Source: Candidatus Uhrbacteria bacterium (GTDB lineage: Bacteria > Patescibacteriota > Patescibacteriia > GWA2-47-26). Taken from it: 64,000 nucleotides of DNA. The stretch is taken from positions 4,046-68,045 of the forward strand of contig JACPJN010000007.1 in NCBI GenBank assembly GCA_016187515.1, read 5' to 3'. The notes beneath the pieces were generated by a model. The model was not told where the DNA came from. It saw only the letters and a program-made list of their open reading frames with translations, and did no database searches. Of the stretch, positions 22,111 through 32,100 are shown piece after piece (position 1 is the stretch's first letter; every line of letters begins with the position of its first letter). The position numbers and the translations under genes were made by a program.

Positions 22111-22355
22111 ATTTATCCACTGGCCGGACTTGACACCAAAAAGCCAGGGTGTATGATGAAAATAGAGGACAGCGTGGAGAGGGGGTTTCTCAAGCGATAA
22201 CACAGCCGCGGGGAGAGCGCGTGTGTAAGCTCAAAGAAACCCAGGAATATCAGTTACTCCACCCCCTTTCCCTGTCCGACCACGGACAAAATCTGGTACT
22301 CATACGAGAGCGTCAGGCAGAGCAAACGCGTGCTACGCTATTGGGTTAAAAATAT

Positions 22356-22391
22356 AGGACGAAAATCTCACGGCCGTGAGATTTTCGTCCT
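22356..22391. repeat. 36-bp perfect palindrome, variant copy
   Basis: aggacgaaaatctcacggccgtgagattttcgtcct. Confidence 0.9.
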
Positions 22392-22488
22392 TTTTGTTAA
22401 ACGTGAAAATTGCAAAAACCACTCAATCAAAAACTCAATTCTATTAAAAAACCCGCACCCGAAGGCGCGGAATGCAGGTTGGGTCTCC

Positions 22489-22689
22489 TCACTCCAACCC
22501 CTCCAACGAACGAATTATCTGACGCTCCATCTTTTGCCTGTCTACAAACGCTGCCATTACCGTGCGTTCGTACTCGTGCAGTTGTGCATCGCATCGCTTC
22601 AAGGCACGATGGAGTAACACCCACTGCCGTACGCATAGCACTGCAAGTACAGGAATGATCACGCACCAGAGGACAATGGCTTCGAGCAT
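22489..22689 (-). CDS. small orphan membrane protein
   Basis: AGGAGG SD, N-terminal TM, hairpin plus T tract after. Confidence 0.55.
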   Translation of the reverse strand: MLEAIVLWCVIIPVLAVLCVRQWVLLHRALKRCDAQLHEYERTVMAAFVDRQKMERQIIRSLEGLE

Positions 22690-22692
22690 GAC

Positions 22693-23010
22693 TCACCTCC
22701 TAAATCGTGAAAGGTACCACATTGAAAATCCGGGATCACGCCACTCGATCCAGCGGAGCATGCGATGAAGTACTACTCCCATCGCGACCATACCGAGTAA
22801 TGGCCCGAAACTTCGGAGTGCTCCGGTGTCCGCGTAGTCATAGAGGGAGGCAAAAAAGCCAAAACCCAGCAGGAGCACTTTCGGAACATGTCCTCCCCAC
22901 CGATTCATGAACCGATGCGCGGCTCGATCGCGAGCATATTTGTCCACTGCCCAGATAAACAAAATGATAAATAATGGAAACAGGATGAATGTATGCGTGA
23001 TATTGTCCAA
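22693..23010 (-). CDS. small orphan membrane protein
   Basis: AGGAGG SD before TTG start; three TMs. Confidence 0.55.
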   Translation of the reverse strand: MDNITHTFILFPLFIILFIWAVDKYARDRAAHRFMNRWGGHVPKVLLLGFGFFASLYDYADTGALRSFGPLLGMVAMGVVLHRMLRWIEWRDPGFSMWYLSRFRR

Positions 23011-23180
23011 GGAACACCTCCTACTCCCATCCTACCATAAACAAAAATAAGGGCAAGCGCCCTTTCAAATTCTCCCCCCTTAGGGTAAGGGGAGGTTGGG
23101 AGGGGTTACGAACCGTGCAAAGCTCATAACCCACCCTCGCCCTCCCTTATCTTAAGGGAGGGAATTCCATTATATTGTTG

Positions 23181-25019
23181 CTACACCTTCTCTGCAATTT
23201 CCTTCCTCACCCTCTTCACAAATGCCGCAAGGGTCATCACGGGCTGACGCTGCTGTCCGCGGATGCGGACGGTGAGTTTCTGGAGTGATTTTTCTTTATC
23301 ACCAATAATCAGCATGTAAGGAATTTTTTGCTTCTCGGCTTTGCGGATCTTATAGCCCACCGTATCCGCGCCATCATCCACTTCCACGCGGATCCCCGCT
23401 TCCGCAAGCTGCTTACCCAGTTTTTGTGCTCCGACACGATGCGCTTCCCCGACGGTTCCGATATAGACCTGCACCGGCGAGAGCCAAACCGGAAACGCGC
23501 CGGCAAAGTGCTCAATCAAAATCCCTATGAAGCGCTCGAGCGAACCGTAAATCACACGGTGAATCGCAACCGGCGTTTTCCTGGAACCGTCTTGCGCGGT
23601 GTACTCCAGTTTAAATCGCCGCGGTTGCTGGAAATCAAGTTGAATAGTGCCCATCTGCCACTGCCGCCCGAGCGCGTCATTCATTAAAATATCTACCTTC
23701 GGCCCATAGAACGCGCCATCCCCTTCCTTTATGGTATAGGGCTTACCGCTCTCCTTTAGAATACGCGTCAGCTGCGCCTCGGCCTTGTTCCAGGTGGCAA
23801 TGTCACCCATAAAAATCTCCGGACGCGTTCCGAGTCGGAGTGAGTACTCCAGCTTGAAAATTGCGTAAAATCGTTTGACAATTTCCAGGATTCGCTCATA
23901 TTCTTGGGGAATTTGATCTTCCATCACAAAGCAATGCGCATCATCTTGGCGAAATTCACGCACCCGCAAAAGACCGTTCAGCGTCCCGGACAATTCAAAC
24001 CGATGCAGCATATCCGTATCCGACAGGCGTAGCGGCAATTCCCGATAGCTGCGTCCTTTTGATCCGAAGACCACCATGGCGTTTGGACAATTCATTGCTT
24101 TTATTCCATAGAGCTCACCCTCTACCTCCACTTCACCTTCCCCCTGATCCGCGACAAACATGTCCTGCCAATAATGCTCAAAATGGCCGGAAATCTCATA
24201 GAGTTCCTTTTTATTAAGCAGCGGTGATACAATTTCTTGGTATCCGTATTTTATATGTTCATGCCTCCAAAAATTTATAAGCTCGTTGTAGATGATCACC
24301 CCCTTAGGCAGCCAGTAAGGCATACCCGGGGCGGTGTGGTGAAACATGAATAATTCAAGTTCGGATCCCAATTTCTTATGGTCACGCTTGGCCACCTCTT
24401 CAAGAAAACGCAGATGCGCGGCAAGCGCCTCGGAATTTTCAAACGCCAGTCCGTAAATCCTTTGCAGCTGGGGATTTTTCTGATCACCGCGCCAGTACGC
24501 GCCGGAGATTTTATCAAGCTTAAAAGAATCCGCGCTAATCTCGGAGGTGTTTTCCACATGCCCGCCACGGCAAAGGTCAATGAATTTTCCGGTTTTGTAC
24601 AAAGTGACCGTAGTTGGCTTAGAGCTAAGGGCTAAGGGCTTAGAGTTCGCTGCTCTATGCTCTACGCCCTCTGCCCTTTGCAGTTCAGTAGTCCCGAATT
24701 TCTCAATATCTTCAATCAACTCTATTTTGAACGGCTGCTTCCGTTCTGCAAAAAATTTCTTTGCCTCTCCGGTCGACATCTCCATCCGTTCAAACGCCAG
24801 TTTTTCCTTTACCAGCGCCCGCATGCGTTTTTCCAACTTTCCCAAATCCTCCGGTGTCAGCGTCCGCGGCAGTAAAAAATCATAATAAAATCCATGTTCA
24901 ATCACCGGCCCAACTCCCAACTGGGCTTGGGGAAACATTTCTAAAACCGCACTTGCCAAAATATGGGCAAGCGAGTGACGGATATGCTCAAGTTTGTTCT
25001 TATCTTCTGACATAAACAT
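23181..25019 (-). CDS. thrS: threonyl-tRNA synthetase
   Basis: RHSLAH, DLCRGGH, RDHKKLG, MNCP, GAFYGPK, IHRVIYGSLERF. Confidence 0.97.
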   Translation of the reverse strand: MFMSEDKNKLEHIRHSLAHILASAVLEMFPQAQLGVGPVIEHGFYYDFLLPRTLTPEDLGKLEKRMRALVKEKLAFERMEMSTGEAKKFFAERKQPFKIELIEDIEKFGTTELQRAEGVEHRAANSKPLALSSKPTTVTLYKTGKFIDLCRGGHVENTSEISADSFKLDKISGAYWRGDQKNPQLQRIYGLAFENSEALAAHLRFLEEVAKRDHKKLGSELELFMFHHTAPGMPYWLPKGVIIYNELINFWRHEHIKYGYQEIVSPLLNKKELYEISGHFEHYWQDMFVADQGEGEVEVEGELYGIKAMNCPNAMVVFGSKGRSYRELPLRLSDTDMLHRFELSGTLNGLLRVREFRQDDAHCFVMEDQIPQEYERILEIVKRFYAIFKLEYSLRLGTRPEIFMGDIATWNKAEAQLTRILKESGKPYTIKEGDGAFYGPKVDILMNDALGRQWQMGTIQLDFQQPRRFKLEYTAQDGSRKTPVAIHRVIYGSLERFIGILIEHFAGAFPVWLSPVQVYIGTVGEAHRVGAQKLGKQLAEAGIRVEVDDGADTVGYKIRKAEKQKIPYMLIIGDKEKSLQKLTVRIRGQQRQPVMTLAAFVKRVRKEIAEKV

Positions 25020-25178
25020 TCTCTTCCTCCTGCGATAAACGCACCCGGCGGTGTGGTAAGGCAATTTTGGGAGCGTCTGCAGTCCTCTCTGCAATTTTAC
25101 CTATGCTCCGTAAATTGCAGAGGGACGGAAGAGGACCCTTGTATTGCCGATCCACACTGCCGGGCGCGTTTTGAGCTC

Positions 25179-26354
25179 CTATTTCTTCACCACCATTTTT
25201 ATCCGATCTGGTATCGTCGGAATCCGCTTTTGCCAAGAAGGAAAAAGCCGCACCGCCACCGCCTCGACCGCGTCAAAACTTTCGAGATATCGCGCGGCTT
25301 CCTCCGGAAGCATTCCGGCCACTTTGACCGGCTCCAAAACCGGACTCCCCGCGGAAAGACGCGCCTGGCCATCCGCGTAGACCTGCAACTGCACCGCTCC
25401 GGTTTTGGCATTCACGCTTTTAATCCGAATGACCAGGGTATCTTTATTAAAACTGATGAGCTCCCGGTCAGAGGGAACATTCGCCAAGACCTTCTCGAGC
25501 GCCAATTTTTCCAGCGCTTCCTTATCGTAAGCGAGCAACTTAACTTTCACTTTGCCAACTACTCCAAGGGTCTGACGCGCTTCGCCCTTTTCCCCGTCAA
25601 AAGTGACTTCCAAAATTTCGCTGTCCGCCGTAACCTCGCCGGCTTGCGCCTCTGGCGCCTTTGAAAATTCTTCTTTGGCGCGGGCAATGGCTTTTTCCAC
25701 CACGGCGTTGCGCGCGCGCTCCAGGTCGTCGGCGACGACCACGCGCACTTTTTGAGCGCCGCCCATCATCGCGGCCTTACTTTCCCCGTAAATCAACAGC
25801 TGCTTTGCCGCGTTCAGTCCGGGAATGGTAAAGCTTCCGGGTGCGATGTCTCCGGAAGGGCCCGTCTGATCCGCGGCCACCGCGACCGCCGTGCTCCCTT
25901 TGGCCGGAACCAGCACGCGTTCTTGAGTACGAAACAAAACTCCGGCGGAGGAAAGAAATCGCGTGGTGGCCACCAAGGGTTGGGGGGCGCTCGTGGTATT
26001 TATAACGGTGATTGTCCCCTCGGACCGGCCTTGCTTTTCCGTAGTTCCGCTGGCTTCAAACTGCAATTCCTCCTCCATGATTTTTTCCTCATAGACCCCG
26101 GCAACCGCCGAAGAATAATCCAGTCCGTCATTTTCCGCCGCCGCTGGCCTCGCAGTGGCCAAAAATTCCGCGCTCCGCAGTTCGTCCTTGGGCGTGATAA
26201 TAATCGTGGCCTTGGCCACCGAGAAAAACACAATAATTCCCACCAAAAGCACCGTCAGCACCACAAAGGAGATCGCAATGCGGCGATAGATCATGGAAAG
26301 CGAGGGGAGGGCTGACTGTCTATGCTTAGTCATATAAATCGCTAATAACATCAT
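25179..26354 (-). CDS. membrane-anchored hypothetical protein (baseplate-J-like segment possible)
   Basis: N-terminal TM; ADQTGPSGDI..FTIPGL; start uncertain. Confidence 0.65.
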   Translation of the reverse strand: MMLLAIYMTKHRQSALPSLSMIYRRIAISFVVLTVLLVGIIVFFSVAKATIIITPKDELRSAEFLATARPAAAENDGLDYSSAVAGVYEEKIMEEELQFEASGTTEKQGRSEGTITVINTTSAPQPLVATTRFLSSAGVLFRTQERVLVPAKGSTAVAVAADQTGPSGDIAPGSFTIPGLNAAKQLLIYGESKAAMMGGAQKVRVVVADDLERARNAVVEKAIARAKEEFSKAPEAQAGEVTADSEILEVTFDGEKGEARQTLGVVGKVKVKLLAYDKEALEKLALEKVLANVPSDRELISFNKDTLVIRIKSVNAKTGAVQLQVYADGQARLSAGSPVLEPVKVAGMLPEEAARYLESFDAVEAVAVRLFPSWQKRIPTIPDRIKMVVKK

Positions 26355-26401
26355 TATAACACACTTGAAGCTGCCGCGTACTTTTCGCTATCCACAAGCG
26401 T

Positions 26402-27421
26402 CTATACCGCGGGTTGCGCGCGGCCCGCTGCGGATTTACCGGCTCTACCCTTGGCCACCAGCGCCGTTTTGGTCGGTTCGGCAATTTCATAACCCTGGCT
26501 GAATATTTCCGCTTCCAAACGGGTAATTTTTCCGGCCAATTGCTGAAAGGCGTTTAACAGCATACGCCTCTTCTTGTGCAGCGCCGTAATCCGGATAGCA
26601 TGCTCCTGCTCTGTTTCACCGCGCCTACGCGGCGAATCTGTGTCAATATCCTTGATCGCGTACAAAAGATCGGCGCGTTCTTTCTTGGCCTTCCAAAGCT
26701 GCTCTTCCGGGCTCACCCTCGCTTTCTCCATCTTAACCACCTCGTTTGCTTCCGGCCGCACAAAATCAATCAGCCGCCGCGACGCCTCGGCAATACGCTG
26801 GTAGCAGGAAATTTGCAGGTTCCTTTCCAGTGCCGACAAAATATCGGCCGGACGCACTTTCCTGACGGGTTGATCCAGCGCGCGCTCGGACTCAAATACA
26901 CGGCGCGCTAAGGCAAAATCATTACTGTTAAAACCGCCGCCTTCCACCACTCTGCTTAGCAGATCCAGAACTTTAATTTGCGACTGCCGCAATTCAATGG
27001 CCTGCGGAATTTGCTCTTTATCACGCTCAACCTGTTTTTCCAGGACTTTGAGGTTTGCATTCCAGACCTCCACACTGCTTCCAAACCGTTCCAGCGCGCT
27101 TGGTAAATTTCGGCCATCCGCAAAATAAGCGTATTCCAATGCTTCCAGTTTGTTGATGAGAACCGCGGCCTGGTCGTCTCCGCCGCGCTCAAGCGTTGCT
27201 AACTCCCTTTCCAATAAGACAAACTCCGCCTCCGGCGAAATGTATTCAATTTGCTCCGGGACTGATTCCTGCCTTTCGGGGCTAACCGGTCTTACCGAAT
27301 CTCCCAAGCGTCTCGTAAAACGACCGGAAGACACTTCTCCTCCGGAGGATTGTCGGGATCTGCTTTCCCCCTGCGAAACCGGGGCCGACTCATAACTTCG
27401 TCGTGAGTTTTCTCTGGACAT
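26402..27421 (-). CDS. hypothetical charged helical protein
   Basis: 339-aa ORF with low-complexity N-terminus. Confidence 0.65.
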   Translation of the reverse strand: MSRENSRRSYESAPVSQGESRSRQSSGGEVSSGRFTRRLGDSVRPVSPERQESVPEQIEYISPEAEFVLLERELATLERGGDDQAAVLINKLEALEYAYFADGRNLPSALERFGSSVEVWNANLKVLEKQVERDKEQIPQAIELRQSQIKVLDLLSRVVEGGGFNSNDFALARRVFESERALDQPVRKVRPADILSALERNLQISCYQRIAEASRRLIDFVRPEANEVVKMEKARVSPEEQLWKAKKERADLLYAIKDIDTDSPRRRGETEQEHAIRITALHKKRRMLLNAFQQLAGKITRLEAEIFSQGYEIAEPTKTALVAKGRAGKSAAGRAQPAV

Positions 27422-27518
27422 ACCTTTATATGATACCTACCCGGATCCCGATTGTCAAAAACTTGACAAACTTGAAAATATGTGTTAAACAGTAAGTACG
27501 GGAAAGGAAAGCGCTAAA

Positions 27519-27980
27519 ATGATCCAAACAATGGCCCCCATACCGAAGATCTGGCGGGCCATGATGGTCCGCCCGCAAGCGCCGAAAGGAGGACCCCAAC
27601 CCGGGGTCTTGCAAGTTCTTCTTTACCATACGGACGATTCACCCGGTCTGCTTCCAAAACCACCGGAGGGAGTGCGTGTGAAACTGAATTTTGCGGATGG
27701 TCTGGGAAGCGAAGTATGGCAGGAGCAGCGGCGCCGGCTTGTACATGGTACAATCTTGACGCTCGTTCTGAAAACATGGCGCGAGCTTTCCCTGGGAGGA
27801 GAACTACTGACCAGCTGCGCAAAGCCAGAGATTCTCCAAGTGCTCGCGGGTTTTTCGCTCCTGGTTCCGAACTTGCCTGAGCTGCGGTTCACTCGTGAAC
27901 CGCATCCGGAAAGCATTGTGTTTCTGCCGGAGGCACAGACCTCACTGGGGGTACAACCTCCAAAGGAGAAACCTCCATGA
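27519..27980 (+). CDS. hypothetical protein
   Basis: TTGACA upstream, purine-rich leader, hairpin plus T tract downstream. Confidence 0.45.
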   Translation: MIQTMAPIPKIWRAMMVRPQAPKGGPQPGVLQVLLYHTDDSPGLLPKPPEGVRVKLNFADGLGSEVWQEQRRRLVHGTILTLVLKTWRELSLGGELLTSCAKPEILQVLAGFSLLVPNLPELRFTREPHPESIVFLPEAQTSLGVQPPKEKPP

Positions 27981-28046
27981 CCTGGACACGCGCTCGCCGC
28001 TCTACTCAAAAGCGGAGGCCTGCCTCGCAGACCCCCGCTTGTTTTT

Positions 28047-29189
28047 TTATTCCGGAGCTTGTGCGATTCTCTCCATATCTTCCGCGTGCCTCCGGCGTTC
28101 GCTTTCGTCAGCTTCTGCCTTCAACCACTCTTCTTTAAGTTGTGTTTTTCTCCCTTCCAGCGCTTCCAGCGCTTCACCCAAAGGCGCGAGTTGGCGCAAA
28201 TCAGCCAGCTGATCATCCTTCCCGATCTTCTCGATTTGTTCCTTGATATTGTCAATTTCTAGATCTACTCTAGCCAGCTCTACGTCAATCCTGCGCACTT
28301 GCTTCGCCGCCTGTTCAACCAATTGGCGCAATCCGATGGCGCGTATTTTTCGCTCGGGTACGGATCGTGATTCTAGACCCATAGTTGGAGAAATTAAATT
28401 CTTATTTGGATCTTCTGAAGCAGGGGGGCTCTTTTGAGTATCCTCCCAAGGCAATCGCTCCCGCGTCGCGTCTATTCGTTTCGGACTGATGAGCGCTGCC
28501 GGTCCAGCGACCTCTTCCGGGGCTTCCTGTACTGGTTGCTCTGCGGTTCTAGGAGCATTAAATTTACCCTGTCGCGCCTCCACCAGCGCACGCGCAACTC
28601 CCAGTGGCTGTTCAGTTATAAAACGCTTCTCCCACTTTTCCAGTGGTGGAGAGCCGCGCGGGGTTTGGGCGGACGCTTGTTTCTCGGCAGCAGGCGCGTT
28701 GGGCTGACCGCGGAGCGCCCGCTCAAGCGCCGGATGACCGGCCATAAATTTCTGTTCCCACGGCTGAAGCTGTAACTCGGTAGGAGCGGAAGGATCAATC
28801 TGCCCGGCCTCCGGCGCCCTCACCCCATATTCTTCCGCGACATATCTAATCGCGTCAACCGGAGTTTTAAGTTGCCCGGCCTGCGCTTCCAATTGGGCCA
28901 AAAGTTCTGCGGCGCGCTGGCGCGCCGCGTTAACACGCGCCGGATCCCCGGAAGGGGTCGCGCGGCCTAACTCCGCAAGAATCGCGCCGGTATAAACCGC
29001 GGTATCACGTAATTTCTGATCCACCCGCCCGCGCGCCTGTCCGCGTTGAATCACCGCGCGCTGATCTGCGGTCAAATCCGGCCGCGGCGGACCGCCTTCT
29101 TTGCCTTCAGCGCCTTCTACCGGAAAAAGCACCTCTGGTCCGGGCGCTTTTGGCCTATTCTCGCTTATATTTTGTGCCCTGTCTGCCAT
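28047..29189 (-). CDS. hypothetical coiled-coil protein
   Basis: 380-aa ORF directly after dnaE. Confidence 0.65.
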   Translation of the reverse strand: MADRAQNISENRPKAPGPEVLFPVEGAEGKEGGPPRPDLTADQRAVIQRGQARGRVDQKLRDTAVYTGAILAELGRATPSGDPARVNAARQRAAELLAQLEAQAGQLKTPVDAIRYVAEEYGVRAPEAGQIDPSAPTELQLQPWEQKFMAGHPALERALRGQPNAPAAEKQASAQTPRGSPPLEKWEKRFITEQPLGVARALVEARQGKFNAPRTAEQPVQEAPEEVAGPAALISPKRIDATRERLPWEDTQKSPPASEDPNKNLISPTMGLESRSVPERKIRAIGLRQLVEQAAKQVRRIDVELARVDLEIDNIKEQIEKIGKDDQLADLRQLAPLGEALEALEGRKTQLKEEWLKAEADESERRRHAEDMERIAQAPE

Positions 29190-29195
29190 ATAATT

Positions 29196-32100
29196 TTAGT
29201 TTATCACGACTTGACCTTGTCCCACAATATCCTCAATTGACCGGATCAAGCGCTCTTCCGGATCAATCTGAAAACCCGTCTGAATCGTGCGCTTTACGCC
29301 GTTTTGGCTAAGCACAATGTAGACCGGGGTTGATCCTCGGGTGGACGCAAAAAACGTGCGCAGGGTCTCGAGCGTCGCGCGGTCGTGGTTTTGGAGATGG
29401 ATGAGGAGACGTTTTGATGAGGTATTAGGTACTTGGGTACTTGGGTACCTGGGGTCTTTCATAGTGTTCTTGTCTACTAATACCCTAGGATCCTGAGATC
29501 CTAATTGCCCAGCGCTCTCCGCTGTCAGCACCATCGCCCGCTCGCACACCACCCGTTTCTCCTCGCCGCCTCCGCGTCCCCACACGCATAAAAGCGCCCC
29601 GTCAGACCAGATACCCGGGTTTTCTTTGTACGTTTTCGGAAACGCGACCACCTCGCAGGAACCGGTCAAATCCTGCAGCCGTCCGACGGCCATGCGTTCT
29701 CCGTTTTTGGTGGTACGCGTTTTACATTCCGTAAGCGCTCCGGCCACGCAAAGCGGCGCTCGGTCCGGCACCTCCAGCAGCGCGGAGATCGGCGTCACTT
29801 TGCCGTCCAGCGCCTGTTTAAACTCCTCCAGCGGATGCGCGGTAACGTAAAGTCCAAGCAATTCTTTTTCCCATCGCAACTTTTCTTCACGAGCGGCCGG
29901 CGGAGCGTCTTTGATGCTCAACCGATTCACCTCCGGCAAGCCGGTAAAAAGCGTGCTCTGCTTTGACGGCTCCGCAGTCGCACCACGATGAAACGCCAGC
30001 ATGGCTTCCATATTTTCAAGCATCACCCCGCGATCGCCAAAGCAATCCATCGCGCCGGATTTGATTAAACTCTCCAGCGATTTTTTATTGAGATTCTTAT
30101 GCTGGACGCGCTTAAGAAAATCCTCCAGGTTCTCATAGGCGCCGCCTTGTTCCCGCTCCTCGATCACCGCCTCCACCACGTCCGATCCCAAATTTTTAAT
30201 CGCCAAAAGCCCAAAACGGATGGTCTGATCATCCACATAGGTAAAATCCTTATGACTCTCATTTACATCCGGCGGGAGCACTTTGATTCCCGCTTCTCGC
30301 GCGCCCATGATCACTTCCGCCAGTTTATCCGTATTTCCCGCCTCCGCGGTCAAAATCGCGGTAATAAATTCCGCCGGCCAGTGCGCTTTCATGTACGCGG
30401 TCTGATAAGCCACCATGCCATAGGAAGCGGCATGGGAATTATGCACAATAATATCGTTGGCCACAAAATTATGGGTTTCCGGAACAGTAAGATCATACGT
30501 CATTGCTTCACCCCTAGAAATAATACTTACTACTTCATCCCAATACACATCCGAGTGCGCAAACTCCGTGAGCACTTCCGAATGAAGCGCTTCGGCTATT
30601 ACCGCAACCGTTTCTCGTAAATATCCTTTTTTGGCATCATCATTACATAAAAGACGCTCCGCAATGTTATGAGTTCGCGCAAATCCTTTCAAACTCATCT
30701 CCGTTTTGATAATTTCCGATTTAATAATCGGCAACACTCCCGCTGGAATAATGTCCTTACTTCCGCGCGCGCTCCAAGCCGAGATCGCTCCATTCAACAC
30801 TGGGTGGTGCGCCACAATCTCTGAAAGCGTGGCGCGCTTTTCTCCAATAAGATATTGTCCTACGGTTTGTTCGAATATCTTAATGTTCGTATGTCGTGAT
30901 ACATGAATTGTCCATCCGGTTTTGACCGTATCGCGATACTTAAAATGCTTTTCGTGCACCGTACTAATCATTCCCAGCCGCAACAAAAGATGTTGCATGT
31001 CATAAGCAAGCAATCGCGAACTGGTCGCATAGTACAATTGCCCTTCACCCTCATCGCTATGCACGCAACCGTCCCCTTGCCACATTTTTCCCAAAAGTAC
31101 ACAAAGCTGCTCGCGATTGAGTAAAAATACGAATGTCGGGAACACTTTGCTCGTAGCCTTGCAATCGAGCAATTCCCATTCCTGTGCAAACGAACGCAAC
31201 CCGTTCGGTTGCTTTTGGTTTTGCTTTCCGACATACACGGATACCGCCGACCTTGATCTGTCGATCGTAATGCGCGCATTGCTAAATTGTTTCGCATGCG
31301 ATATAAAATCGGCAATCTCCTCTTCCGCTTTGGAATAATAGTATATTCCGTACGGATGGCAGAAATTTCCCTCAGCCAAAAGATATCCTAACGCCGCGAG
31401 TTTATAATCATCAATTGGATAAGCGCGTTTAGGCAGTGGCGCGTGACGTGCGGTTGCAATACGGTCGCCGTGCTTTAACTCTGCGAGTGTAGCCCAGCTC
31501 CCAAATTTTCTGAAAGGGTGATTTGCCGTTGCTTTTATGCGTAGACCGCGACGGGTAATGACTTCAAATATCGGCTTTACACCGTTTTGTTGTACGGCTC
31601 CTATTGGTCGCTTGTCCAAGGTAAGATCATCCTCAAGGGATAGAAGAGTAATCTTGGAATTGCTTGATCTATACAATTCCTCTACCGTCCTTCGAACGCC
31701 TGACACCGCGTCGTAAATAATAGTGTCTCCCGTAATACATTTGTTAAAACCATACGCCGCAAACGGTTCAATCAATGCCCAGATTTCCTCGGCGCGCGCT
31801 CGCACCAGCCCTTTTTTAACGCAGCCGCTTAAAAATTTCTCGCGCTGGGCCACCATTTCGCGCGGAATTTTTTTACCCATGGCTTTGCGTAATTTATCGG
31901 CTTCTTCCCAAGTATAACCCGCTAGTTCAATGGCGATCATGAGCACGTCGTCCTGATAAACTAAAATACCATAAGTACGCTCCAAAATATTCTGCAGTTG
32001 CGGCACCAAATACTGAATCAGCCGCGGATTATGCTTGCGCTTAATATATTCCGGAATGGACTCCATCGGACCCGGGCGAAAAAGCGCGACCATCGCCATG

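Noticed and set aside
25020-25178. T-box riboswitch upstream of thrS
   Set aside because: No UGGNACC T-box sequence or terminator/antiterminator pair seen
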